Shown here one piece after another: positions 19,117 to 28,570 of a stretch of DNA of 64,000 bases. Under the pieces are notes generated by a model. That model searched no databases, had not been told where the DNA came from, and was given only the letters and a program-made list of their open reading frames with translations. Made by a program: the position numbers and the translations under genes. Numbering within the stretch: the stretch's first letter is position 1; each line of letters begins with the position of its first letter. This DNA is from Clostridiales bacterium DTU032 (GTDB lineage: Bacteria; Bacillota; Clostridia; Saccharofermentanales; DTU023), in contig LFSM01000060.1 of assembly GCA_001512745.1 (NCBI GenBank), positions 4,493-68,492 of the forward strand. Direction: 5' to 3'.

Positions 19117-19255
19117 AAGTTGACTCCAAAAAACAATTATTTGGCATTTCTTAATCAAAGAGCCAAAGTTTACTGCAGTATTTCTGCTAGAATGTGTATC
19201 TGTTATAATACACCATGGGTTAACAAATGCTTAGATACATATGAGAGGAAGATAA

Positions 19256-19978
19256 ATGGCCATTAAAGATGCACGCTGTATAAACTGCGGCTCACTGATA
19301 CAAGTAGATAATAAAGAAGACAAGTCATTTTGCATGTTTTGTAATTGTGTATTCGAAACCAGTGAAGGAATGCGCGCATTGGAAAATCCGGAAGACTTCG
19401 AATTTCCCAATGAAGAACAAGCTGAATATGACGGACCGCTTGCCCAACAGTACAGAGCCAGAACCATCGCTCCGGCGCCGGCACAGGCACCTCTGCCACA
19501 ACAGCGCAATAAGGAAAAACCCTTTGAAGCTAAAGTGAAAGAACTGCCTGTACTTAAAATTCCTTCACGGATGAAGCTGATTGTAATAGGTGTAATTGTG
19601 CTGGTAATCGGCATACTTGCTGCGATCTCCTTGCCGACTATTGCTGCTCGCAATGGACGCCACGAGACGATTTCGGCCAGATTTTTGCAGGAGCTGGCTA
19701 ACGAAAATATAGATGAAGAAAGTATTAGTGTCCACAATTTGAAAAGCGACTATATTGTGCTGATTCTGGATGAAAAGCCTACTGAGGAAGAAGCGGCCGG
19801 CATTTTTAACAAATATTGTGCAATACGCGCGGATGTGATGAATCTTGATCAAGCTTCTTTCGAAAAAACACATACAGCTGTGACTATGCGAATCGCCACG
19901 ACTGAGGGCGGCATAGAGATTACTGAACCTGAAAACGAAAGTGCTATTACCGGAGAAGCTTTACGGATTTTGCCCTAA
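19256..19978 (+). CDS. Zinc-ribbon, single-pass membrane protein (240 aa)
   Basis: The protein has an N-terminal CINCG...CMFCNC motif, a P/Q/A-rich linker, a TM helix LIVIGVIVLVIGILAAISL and an external ~110-aa domain. Confidence 0.7.
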   Translation: MAIKDARCINCGSLIQVDNKEDKSFCMFCNCVFETSEGMRALENPEDFEFPNEEQAEYDGPLAQQYRARTIAPAPAQAPLPQQRNKEKPFEAKVKELPVLKIPSRMKLIVIGVIVLVIGILAAISLPTIAARNGRHETISARFLQELANENIDEESISVHNLKSDYIVLILDEKPTEEEAAGIFNKYCAIRADVMNLDQASFEKTHTAVTMRIATTEGGIEITEPENESAITGEALRILP

Positions 19979-20040
19979 GAACATTGCATTATTGAACTTT
20001 TGTTTTTTGTTTATTCACAAATGCTTAGCAGCTTGTACAT

Positions 20041-20091
20041 TCATACTATGTATAATACAAATGTAACTAGGGTTAGATATCCTTTTTTCAT
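20041..20091 (-). CDS. Candidate 16-aa hydrophobic micropeptide MKKGYLTLVTFVLYIV
   Basis: An ATG lies 6 nt downstream of a perfect GGAGGAG. The ORF sits in an otherwise ORF-free 460-bp spacer. It is very short, so it is speculative. Confidence 0.2.
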   Translation of the reverse strand: MKKGYLTLVTFVLYIV

Positions 20092-20115
20092 ACTTTTCTC
20101 CTCCATTTGAGCGAG

Positions 20116-20148
20116 CAGATCCGGGAGTGGTGCCTCGGATCTGTTTTA
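20116..20148 (+). terminator. Rho-independent terminator
   Basis: The stem CAGATCCG...CGGATCTG is followed by TTTT. Confidence 0.6.
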
Positions 20149-20160
20149 GTTTGGAGATAT

Positions 20161-20212
20161 GCCGGCTTATTACCGGCTCGCAGAGGGCCGGCAGTAAGCC
20201 GGCTATTTTTTT
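20161..20212 (+). terminator. Strong Rho-independent terminator
   Basis: GCCGGCTTATTACCGGC pairs with GCCGGCAGTAAGCCGGC (15 of 17 bp, 9-nt loop) and is followed by a T7 run. Confidence 0.7.
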
Positions 20213-20270
20213 GCAAGATTATCGCTATTGCTTAGATTATATATTTAATTTATTTAGCAATTTATTAATG

Positions 20271-20298
20271 TTGATTTGTGATACAATTATTTTATAAT
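20271..20298 (+). promoter_or_regulatory. Sigma-A-like promoter for the 20441 operon
   Basis: The elements are TTGATT, a 16-nt spacer and TATAAT. They precede a ~135-nt leader with several short hairpins. Confidence 0.4.
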
Positions 20299-20440
20299 TG
20301 CCAGACTAATCCTGAAAGAGAAATCAGATTCCTGTTGACTTGCGTTAGCTGATTTAACGCCGACACAATAGGCTTTTCTAGAAAAGATCCTTTTTAAATG
20401 GATCAAGAATAAGGCAGTTATACTGCCGGGAGGTAGAAGA

Positions 20441-22255
20441 GTGGATAAATGTAAACGTTGTGGCGCTGATTTACCTGCAAATGCAAAATTTTGCACCAGT
20501 TGCGGAGAACAGACCGGAACCGATAGTCTAAATGCAAGTACGCAGAACGTAGCTCATGCACAGAACATACAGGGAAGTCCGTATCCGCCATATGAAGGAG
20601 GCGTGCCCTACAACCCTCCACCAGTGTATACCACTTACCAGAAAGCTCCGAAAAAGAAGCGCTGGTGGATTCCTGTACTGATTATTGTACTGGTGCTGGC
20701 GATATTGGCCGGTGTCTGGTTTGTTTTTGGCAACAAGATTAAATCGCTCTTCATGTCGGATACCCAGAAGTGGCAGAAGGCTGAGAAAGCAGCAGGGCTG
20801 GTCCCTGAAGATTCTTTGCTCTATGAGATCAAAGCTGCTTCAACTGATACCCTTAAAAAGAGCAAATCCGGTTATGAAACTGATATCAGCTTCGATATCA
20901 AAGCCGACGCTTTACCTGATGATGTGGCAGGTATACTGACTGTCTTGTCCGGTGTCCGCTTTAATTTGCAGACCAAAAGCGATCTTAATGAGGCTGACCC
21001 GCATTTTTATACCAGAATTGCTTTGGGTAAGCGTGGAGAAAAGTCGGATCTGCTCAGTGCAGAGCTTTATGATGCCGGAGATTATCTGCTTATAGCCCTG
21101 CCTGAGATTTTGCCCAAGCCTCTCGCCATCAATAAAGATTTTATAAGTGAATCACTGGATGATTCCAGCGGATTATCGCTGACGATTGATGACACTTTTG
21201 GCTCGATGGGAGAGTTGAGCAATAGTCTGGGAACTTTCTTCGACGAGGATTTGGATGAAATTGTTGAAGAGATTAAAGAAGTTTTCATTAAATATGCCGG
21301 GGAAGCTGAACTTGTCAAAGGCGAAGAGCAAACTGTAGGCAGTGTCAGTCAGAAACTTGACTATTATACTGTGACAGTATCTGCTGAAGATACCCCCGCC
21401 ATGCTGAGAGAGATCCTGTTGCTAGTGCGCGATAATAAAGCTATTAATAAGCTGATTTCTGAGCTGGCCACGATGGGGCTCTCACTTGATGACACAATAG
21501 ATTTTTCCGGGGAATTTGTTGATGCCATCGATGAAGCCATTTCTGAAATCAGAGATTATCCCGAAGATTTCAAAATTGAAATACAGCGCAAACTATATGT
21601 GGACAAAAAAAATGAAGTTCAGGGCGGTGAGCTGATCCTGAAAAATCTGGAGCTGGACGAAACCATCATACTGGAATCACTCCATGTCATTGATGGCAGC
21701 AAACATGCCCAGAGACTGAAACTGACCGATCCCTACGGCATGTCATTTGAGTATCTAAGTGAATATACTCTGGCTAATGAGCTTTATACGGGTTCTTATG
21801 CCATTACAAGCTCTAATTATGGTTATGTAAATACGGGTAGTTTAAGCGGTTTCTTTAAAGATTTTGGTCTGAAGAAGGCTGATAATGAGCTTTATCCTGT
21901 GGGAACACTGAGCCTTACTTATGACGATCCCAGTGGTTATATGGATCCTATAGTCCTTAGATATGAGGGAAAGATTGATGCCGGCAAGTTGAATGCCAGT
22001 ATCAGCTTTGACATTGATGCTGATGGTTCACCGATAAGCTTCAGTCTAAGTTTTAGCCTTAAATCTCTGCCCAATTCTGAACTGAATTTCAAGAATAAAA
22101 TGCCGGATGATTATATTGATTTATCAGACGAATACGCCTTGAGTGAACTCATGATGGATGATTCTGTCATGAACAAGCTCATGTCTGTCCTGGAGGAATT
22201 AGGTCTGGATCTGGATTCTCTGCTGGGATATGATGACTTTGATGATGACTTTTAG
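20441..22255 (+). CDS. Zinc-ribbon, single-pass membrane protein with a large extracytoplasmic domain (604 aa)
   Basis: A GTG start lies 7 nt after GGGAGG. The protein has a CKRCG...CTSCG ribbon, a P/Y-rich linker, a TM helix WWIPVLIIVLVLAILAGVWFVF and a ~500-aa acidic external region. Confidence 0.75.
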   Translation: MDKCKRCGADLPANAKFCTSCGEQTGTDSLNASTQNVAHAQNIQGSPYPPYEGGVPYNPPPVYTTYQKAPKKKRWWIPVLIIVLVLAILAGVWFVFGNKIKSLFMSDTQKWQKAEKAAGLVPEDSLLYEIKAASTDTLKKSKSGYETDISFDIKADALPDDVAGILTVLSGVRFNLQTKSDLNEADPHFYTRIALGKRGEKSDLLSAELYDAGDYLLIALPEILPKPLAINKDFISESLDDSSGLSLTIDDTFGSMGELSNSLGTFFDEDLDEIVEEIKEVFIKYAGEAELVKGEEQTVGSVSQKLDYYTVTVSAEDTPAMLREILLLVRDNKAINKLISELATMGLSLDDTIDFSGEFVDAIDEAISEIRDYPEDFKIEIQRKLYVDKKNEVQGGELILKNLELDETIILESLHVIDGSKHAQRLKLTDPYGMSFEYLSEYTLANELYTGSYAITSSNYGYVNTGSLSGFFKDFGLKKADNELYPVGTLSLTYDDPSGYMDPIVLRYEGKIDAGKLNASISFDIDADGSPISFSLSFSLKSLPNSELNFKNKMPDDYIDLSDEYALSELMMDDSVMNKLMSVLEELGLDLDSLLGYDDFDDDF

Positions 22256-22919
22256 CTTAAAGGTGCGCGGGCTCAGCAAAGCCTGGTCCGCGCACAAAAT
22301 TCTGGATAACATCTCCTTTGAACAGCCACAAGGCAGTATCTGGGGCATTGCCGGAGAAAATGGTGCCGGTAAAAGCACTTTGCTGAAAATATTGGCATCA
22401 GTTCTGGCGCGAGACAGCGGCGACGTTGTCTTCGAGACAGATTCCTTTTCTGTATCTCTGGATGACCTGAATTCCTGGCGGCAGCTGATAGCTTATGTGC
22501 CGCAGGAACTGGCTCTGGATGACCGCCTCACCGTCAGAGAAACACTTTTATTCTGGACAGCTGCGCGCGGCATTTCGGCTTCAGAAGGAAAAGAACAAAT
22601 CAGGCTGGCTGCAGCAGATCCCCTGATAGCAGATTTTTTAGAAAAACCGATCAGAGAATGCTCCGGTGGCATGGCACGGCGTGTCAGTCTGATTGTTGGG
22701 CTTCTGGGAGATCCACAGTTGATCTTGCTTGATGAACCATTTGCCGGAGCTGATGACCACAGTCAGGAGTTGATGATTGAGAGGCTAAATCTGTTGCGGT
22801 CCGGCGGGAAGACAATACTTTTAGCAGCACATGAAGGAGAGCTCCTGAAGAAGCTGAGTGATCAGATTTTATATCTTCATGACGCTAAAGTGAGAGAAAC
22901 TCTCCTTAATGGTGAATAG
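22230..22919 (+). CDS. ABC transporter ATP-binding protein
   Basis: Walker A GENGAGKST, signature CSGGMARR and Walker B LLDEPFAGAD are present. The start is ambiguous among the Met codons at 22230-22245, and the gene overlaps the 3' end of the upstream gene. Confidence 0.85.
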   Translation: MMTLMMTFSLKVRGLSKAWSAHKILDNISFEQPQGSIWGIAGENGAGKSTLLKILASVLARDSGDVVFETDSFSVSLDDLNSWRQLIAYVPQELALDDRLTVRETLLFWTAARGISASEGKEQIRLAAADPLIADFLEKPIRECSGGMARRVSLIVGLLGDPQLILLDEPFAGADDHSQELMIERLNLLRSGGKTILLAAHEGELLKKLSDQILYLHDAKVRETLLNGE

Positions 22920-22930
22920 GCGGAGTTCAT

Positions 22931-24157
22931 GTGAAGAAAAAACTCTCACATCTGCTCAGTATTATGCGCAAGAGTCAACGTGCTTTCCGAGCTCTGATGA
23001 GACTGGAACTGCGTGCCGCCCGAACGGCTTTGCTCCTGACTTTGACAGCTTCGATTGTTTTATCCGTTTTACTCGTAAACTTTGCCAGAGAAGATAAGAA
23101 GGTGGAGGCGGAAAAGCTTCCTGTCTTGTCCGTAGCGGGTTCCATTGTTGATGAAGATGATTCAGCTCTGGGCCAGATTTTAGCTGCTTATTTAGAAGAT
23201 CTCCGTTATATATCAGCCGTCTATTACGATACGATGGATCAGGCTCTGGAGCGTCTGGAAGCGGATGAAACCATAGTGATATTGCGCCTGCCGCCTACTC
23301 TCTTTGAGGAAACCAGGACCGGCTCACAACGCGAACCGGTAGAGATGTGGCTGAATCCGAGGAAGCCGGCGGAATCAGGACAGGCCAGCTTGCTGGTACG
23401 GCAGTATGCCTCAGTTCTGGATTACTTGTACGGAACAATATTCGGATATCAGAAAGTCTATGTTGAACTTGGCGGCGATGAAAACGACTCATGGAACGAA
23501 GCGACCAGACACTCTATGAATGTTCTCGTTATGTATTTTGGCCGCTATCGTTATGCAGAGACAGGAGATTTTCATCCTTATAATGTACTGCTTCATACAT
23601 ATTCCGCATTTCTGATTGTATTTGCATTGCTGCCGGCCATGGGTGTGCTGGCAGGCACCAGCCGTCTGGCGGGGACATCTTATGAAGACAGACTGCTATT
23701 GTCATCCGGTCCGGCTTCAATGATGGCAGCACGCCTGGCCAGCGGATTATTATGGTGGCTAGTTTTACTGGTTCCGCTCCTGCTTGCCCTGAAGATATCA
23801 GGTTTACTTGCAGGGGTGTTTCCCGTTGCTGCCATATTACTAGCGGCATATTTTACGACAGCTTTGATTATGCTGGCTCTGGGACGCATAAAGGTGCCCG
23901 GCATCAGCATTATGCTGACAGGCTGGCTCACATTTTTGATTATGATTGTCTTGGGCGGCGTTATTTATCCGACTTCGATTTTTCCGGAATGGCTGAATAG
24001 AGGGGCTGCCTTTACCCCGATCTATCCGATGATGCAGTTTTTATACAATAGCCTCTATCAGCAGGGCACTGCCGGGGCATCGGATTTGCTATCCGCTTTA
24101 TGGCCATTGCTGCCGGCCGCCGTTATTGCAGTTATTTTTGGCAGGAGACGTGTATGA
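22931..24157 (+). CDS. ABC-2-type transporter permease
   Basis: The protein has an N-terminal TM helix, a ~170-aa external loop and a C-terminal bundle of 5 TM helices. It starts with GTG. Confidence 0.65.
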   Translation: MKKKLSHLLSIMRKSQRAFRALMRLELRAARTALLLTLTASIVLSVLLVNFAREDKKVEAEKLPVLSVAGSIVDEDDSALGQILAAYLEDLRYISAVYYDTMDQALERLEADETIVILRLPPTLFEETRTGSQREPVEMWLNPRKPAESGQASLLVRQYASVLDYLYGTIFGYQKVYVELGGDENDSWNEATRHSMNVLVMYFGRYRYAETGDFHPYNVLLHTYSAFLIVFALLPAMGVLAGTSRLAGTSYEDRLLLSSGPASMMAARLASGLLWWLVLLVPLLLALKISGLLAGVFPVAAILLAAYFTTALIMLALGRIKVPGISIMLTGWLTFLIMIVLGGVIYPTSIFPEWLNRGAAFTPIYPMMQFLYNSLYQQGTAGASDLLSALWPLLPAAVIAVIFGRRRV

Positions 24158-25302
24158 AAAATCTGGCTGCGCTTACAGGGCTAAAACTCAAACTTTTATT
24201 GCGCCGACCTCTGATTATGGTCTTTTGCATCATTATTCCCATACTTTTATCACTGCTGGCCGGAGCTGCAGTGTCAAAAAATGATTGGTCGCAGGTCAAG
24301 GGTGCCTATGTTGATTTGGCGCAGAACAGTGAAAGTGAAAAGCTCATCCGGATGTTTGAGGAGAGTCATTTTGACTGGGAAGAAAGAGAAATATCGACGA
24401 TAAGCAGAGCCATTGAGTTGTCGCAGCTGGATGGTGTAATTATAATTCCGGAAACATTTGGTGATCTTGAGGCAGCGAAAACTATTGATGATGCTTATAT
24501 CTGTGAGTTTGTGCCGGGAAAAAATGAACTGGCAGCAGATACGGTACATGAAAATTTTGTCGTGTCAGTGATTGCTTTGGCCATGGAGACAAAACTGAGC
24601 CAGGATCTACTTAAGATGGAAGGTGCGTCATCACTGTCAGAAAAGGATATGGCAAGGCAGCTGGATGAAAAAACTGCAGAAGCACGTGCCGAAGGTGTGG
24701 TTCTTAAACTGATAGTGCATGATGAAGACATGGATACGGCAATCCCTTTGATTCAGGTGCCGGATGTCGCGATTGAAATACTTTTTCTTTCCATATTTTT
24801 GCTGCTCAGCAGTTTGATGCTGGCTGACGCTGCTACACAAAGACGCTTACGCTCATTGCCTGGGGGCTTCCGGCGTGACTATATTGCCAGTTTAGTCTCA
24901 CTGGCTTTGGCGGGAGTTGTGCAGCTCGGAATTATGCTGGGAGTGCTCAAACTTCTGATGCCGGAAACAAGCAGACCTGCCAACTATTTTCCCGTCATGT
25001 CGGTTTTGCTCTTATTCATGCTTGCTTTTGGCCAGTTTGTCGCCCTGATTCCCGGCGACCGCCGTTTTGTACCTGCATCTTTGTTGCTTTTCATCTCAGT
25101 TCTGGCGGGCGGCACTTTCCTGCGTCTGCCGTCATCCTGGATGGAAAAGGTCGGTCAGTTCACGGTGCATGGCTGGGCCCTGGCCAATCTTGCCGGTATA
25201 AATACAAAAATATCTGTAGCTGTGGCTGCTGTGCTGGCGGCCGGTCTGATTGTAATCGCCTACCAGTTGCAAAAACGCAGCGATTATCTCTCCGGTTCCT
25301 AA
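24154..25302 (+). CDS. ABC-2-type transporter permease (paralog)
   Basis: It has the same architecture as the preceding permease. Its ATG overlaps the previous stop (ATGA). Confidence 0.65.
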   Translation: MKNLAALTGLKLKLLLRRPLIMVFCIIIPILLSLLAGAAVSKNDWSQVKGAYVDLAQNSESEKLIRMFEESHFDWEEREISTISRAIELSQLDGVIIIPETFGDLEAAKTIDDAYICEFVPGKNELAADTVHENFVVSVIALAMETKLSQDLLKMEGASSLSEKDMARQLDEKTAEARAEGVVLKLIVHDEDMDTAIPLIQVPDVAIEILFLSIFLLLSSLMLADAATQRRLRSLPGGFRRDYIASLVSLALAGVVQLGIMLGVLKLLMPETSRPANYFPVMSVLLLFMLAFGQFVALIPGDRRFVPASLLLFISVLAGGTFLRLPSSWMEKVGQFTVHGWALANLAGINTKISVAVAAVLAAGLIVIAYQLQKRSDYLSGS

Positions 25303-25441
25303 GCCACTTTCAGTTTTGAGAGCAAAGGACTGAAAAGGCAATGATCTTGCTGTTTTTACTGTGCTAAGATACGAATATATAAAGGATCAGTGTTTTTCTA
25401 AAGCCTGGTGATCCGAACAGGAAAGTTGAGAAAAAGAAAGT

Positions 25442-28324
25442 ATGAAAACAGAACAGCTTTTACACGGTTTCCGAGTGAAAGGCAAACGGGAGATCAGTGA
25501 GTTGAAAGCAGATCTCTATGAGTTGCAACATGAAAAAAGCGGGGCGAAACTGATCTGGCTGGATCGGCCGGAACAGAACAAAACATTTTGTGTTTCTTTT
25601 AAAACCATCCCTGAAAATGATACCGGCGTCTTTCATATTCTGGAACACGCTGTTTTAGGCGGATCGAAAAAATACGCAGTGAAGGAGCCTTTTGCTGAGC
25701 TTTTAAAAAGTTCGGTTAACACCTTCCTCAATGCAATTACCTTTAACGATAAGACCATGTATCCCGTCGCCAGCAGAAATGAAGCGGACTTTTTTAACCT
25801 GATGGACGTCTACCTTGACGCAGTTTTTCAGCCTTCAGTATTGGAAGATCCGAATATCTTCTATCAGGAAGGCTGGCATTATGCTTTTGATGATGGGGGC
25901 AAGCCCTTCTATCAGGGTGTTGTCTACAATGAAATGAAGGGTGCATCCTCTAGCCTTGACAGTAAGGCGCAAAGTGAACTTGATAAACTTCTGTTCCCGG
26001 ACTCCTGCTACCGTTTTAATTCAGGCGGCGATCCCGAGTATATCATTGACCTGAGCTATGAAGATTTCAAAAAGGCCCATGCGGACTACTATCATCCTGC
26101 AAATGCCCATTTTTTCCTGGATGGTGATCTGCCCATCGGACCTGTGTTAGAAAAACTGGATAGTGGATATCTCAGTCACTATGTAGCTGAGGACCAGCAT
26201 TTTGAGACTGGCTTTCAGCTTCCGCGTGCGGGCAGAGGAGAACATACTTACGAAATCGGCGCTGATGAAGATGCAGCAGACAAATGCCGTTTTACACTGG
26301 CAGGCATTGTTTGCAGCTGGGAAGATATTGAGAAGCAGTATGCAGTCAAAATTCTCTGTGATGCGCTGGCAGGTTCGAACGAAGCTCCTTTGAAAAAGAC
26401 CATACTTGACCGGGAGCTGGCACAGGATTTCGACATGTATCTACAGACTGGCATTGCTCAGCCCTGGATCGGTATTGAAGCACAGAACACTTCTGAAGAA
26501 AAATTTGCAGATATCAAAAAGACAATTTTCAGCAGCCTGACAGAACTTGCGGAAAAAGGAATTAATAAGGCTGATCTTCTGGCTTCGCTTAATCAGCAAT
26601 ATTTCCGGGTCCTTGATCCTAATGAGCCACGTGGTGTAATTCTGGCCATTACAGCTATGCAATCCTGGCTCTACGGCGGTGACCCTGCCCTCTACCTGGC
26701 TCCTGAAAAATATTTCCAGGCACTAAAAGAAAAAATCGATACGGATTACTTTGAAGAACTTATCCGTGAAATACTGCTGAACAATGAAGCTCTGGTCGAG
26801 TTGCATTCTTTACCTTCGCAAAGCTATGGCAAGGAAAGAGACGCACGGGAGGCTGTAAGGCTGGAAAATGAAAGCAAGCTCTGGACAGAGGAGGAAAAGG
26901 ATGCTCTGATCAGAGAAGAGGCTAAACTTGAGGCCTGGCAGCTGTCTGTTGACAGTGCGGAGGCACTGGCGACAGTACCCTGTCTGACTTTGGAAGATCT
27001 GGCGCAAGAACCGGAATATCTGCAGTCGTCTCAGCTTGAGACCGGGGGTATGACCGTCCTGAGTTACCCGTCTCCCAGTGAGGGTATTGTCTATCTCAAG
27101 CTGTATTTTGATATTTCTGATACAGCACAGGAGGACCTGCCCCGCTTAAACTTCATGACGGAACTGATGGGTAACCTGGGCACAAGCAAACGTGATGCGG
27201 AAGGAATTCAGCGTGAGGTCAAGACTCATATCGGCAATCTGGATTTTTCCATAAGGCCGGTGCCGGATTATGATAAACCTGACCGCTGCAAACTGTTCTA
27301 TGTAGTCAGCTGTAGTGTGCTGAAGGACGAAGTGTCTTATGCTGTGGATCTGATCAGGGAGATTGTCCAGGAAACTGTCTTTGATGATGCCAGCCGTGCA
27401 TACTCCTATTTGCTGCAAATACGTGAAATGCTGCGTCAGTCAACAAATTCGAGTGCTCACAGCTTTGGCATTATGCGTGTTAAGGGACATTATTCTGCAG
27501 CAGCTGCTGCAGTAGAAGCTTCTTCAGGTTTTTCCTTTATTCTTTGGCTCAAGGAATTCCTTACGCTGCTTAACGAAGATTGGGGACAATTTGTGGCCTG
27601 GGCTAACAACTTTCAGGAGAAAATGTTTGGCAGAGAAAGGCTTACAGTAAGCGTCAGCGGTTATTCTGCGGAGACCATAGGCACTGCTCTTGCAGCTGCC
27701 TTTCCGGAGTGTGGCAGCCGGGAGGCAGGCTATGCGAAGTATTCCGCCAGCTATCCCGGGCGCGAAGCAGTTATTATTCCATCAGCGGTATCATATGCCT
27801 GTATGGCTTGTGATACACGCCCGAACGGCGGTAAATATTCGGGACAATGGCTGGCTGCCAATCAGATTATTAGCCTGGAATATCTCTGGAACAAGATCCG
27901 GGTTCAGGGTGGAGCCTATGGCTGCGGTTTCAATATCGACAAAGCTGCAAATTGCTTTTTCTACTCTTACCGGGATCCCCAGCCGTGGAATTCTCTGGAA
28001 AGCTATAAGAAATCCGCTGCTTTCCTGCAAGAATTTGCCGAAGGTGAAAGCGATCTCGATCGCTTTATCATCGGTACTGTATCCGGACTGGACCCGCAAT
28101 TGTCTCACAAAAAACAGGTAGATACAGCTGACCTCTGGTATTTTACCGGCTATTCGGCGGAAAAAAATCTAGCCACGCGACGTGAGCTGATGGAAACAAA
28201 GAGTTCCGATCTGCTAAAACTGTCAGAAGTGCTGGCAAAAGCTGTACAAGATAATGTTATTTGTGTGGTGGGACCGGCGGATGCAGTCCGGGACAAAGAT
28301 CTTGCCTTGATTGATATCAGCTGA
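25442..28324 (+). CDS. M16 (pitrilysin/insulinase) family metallopeptidase, PreP-like, 960 aa
   Basis: The inverted zinc motif HILEH and a downstream E (VYNEMKG) are present. The length is typical of PreP-like enzymes. Confidence 0.85.
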   Translation: MKTEQLLHGFRVKGKREISELKADLYELQHEKSGAKLIWLDRPEQNKTFCVSFKTIPENDTGVFHILEHAVLGGSKKYAVKEPFAELLKSSVNTFLNAITFNDKTMYPVASRNEADFFNLMDVYLDAVFQPSVLEDPNIFYQEGWHYAFDDGGKPFYQGVVYNEMKGASSSLDSKAQSELDKLLFPDSCYRFNSGGDPEYIIDLSYEDFKKAHADYYHPANAHFFLDGDLPIGPVLEKLDSGYLSHYVAEDQHFETGFQLPRAGRGEHTYEIGADEDAADKCRFTLAGIVCSWEDIEKQYAVKILCDALAGSNEAPLKKTILDRELAQDFDMYLQTGIAQPWIGIEAQNTSEEKFADIKKTIFSSLTELAEKGINKADLLASLNQQYFRVLDPNEPRGVILAITAMQSWLYGGDPALYLAPEKYFQALKEKIDTDYFEELIREILLNNEALVELHSLPSQSYGKERDAREAVRLENESKLWTEEEKDALIREEAKLEAWQLSVDSAEALATVPCLTLEDLAQEPEYLQSSQLETGGMTVLSYPSPSEGIVYLKLYFDISDTAQEDLPRLNFMTELMGNLGTSKRDAEGIQREVKTHIGNLDFSIRPVPDYDKPDRCKLFYVVSCSVLKDEVSYAVDLIREIVQETVFDDASRAYSYLLQIREMLRQSTNSSAHSFGIMRVKGHYSAAAAAVEASSGFSFILWLKEFLTLLNEDWGQFVAWANNFQEKMFGRERLTVSVSGYSAETIGTALAAAFPECGSREAGYAKYSASYPGREAVIIPSAVSYACMACDTRPNGGKYSGQWLAANQIISLEYLWNKIRVQGGAYGCGFNIDKAANCFFYSYRDPQPWNSLESYKKSAAFLQEFAEGESDLDRFIIGTVSGLDPQLSHKKQVDTADLWYFTGYSAEKNLATRRELMETKSSDLLKLSEVLAKAVQDNVICVVGPADAVRDKDLALIDIS

Positions 28325-28363
28325 AAAATTTTTATCTAGAGACCGGAGCATAATCCGGACATG

Positions 28364-28393
28364 AGAAAGGGTCGTCGGATGACGACCCTTTCT
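28364..28393. terminator. Bidirectional terminator hairpin between the peptidase gene and tRNA-Ser
   Basis: A 13-bp perfect stem AGAAAGGGTCGTC-ggat-GACGACCCTTTCT was read directly. Confidence 0.7.
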
Positions 28394-28413
28394 GTCACTG
28401 TTAAGTTTACTTA

Positions 28414-28504
28414 TGGCGGAGGGCAAGAGATTTGAACTCTCGATACCATCTCTGGTATACACGATTTCCAGTCGTGCTCCTTCGGCCAGCTCGGACAACC
28501 CTCC
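28414..28504 (-). tRNA. tRNA-Ser (anticodon GGA), class II with long variable arm, CCA encoded
   Basis: Folded by hand. The acceptor stem is GGAGGGT/GCCCTCC, the anticodon stem is CACGA/TCGTG, the anticodon loop is CTGGAAA, the variable arm is ATACCA-GAG-TGGTAT, the T-loop is TTCAAAT, and the 3' end is GCCA. Confidence 0.9.
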
Positions 28505-28532
28505 GTTTAAGCCATTTCTTCACAGCCCCACG

Positions 28533-28562
28533 ATTGTATCACGTCAGATTTGACAGTGTCAA
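28533..28562 (-). promoter_or_regulatory. Sigma-A promoter for tRNA-Ser
   Basis: On the minus strand the elements are TTGACA, an 18-nt spacer and TGaTACAAT (extended -10). They lie ~22 nt upstream of the tRNA 5' end. Confidence 0.55.
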
Positions 28563-28570
28563 ACGGAGAT

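Noticed and set aside
19231-19737. 168-aa minus-strand ORF overlapping the 240-aa zinc-ribbon gene
   Set aside because: It is antisense to an ORF that has a clear RBS, zinc ribbon and TM helix. The product is low-complexity and S/C/A-rich.
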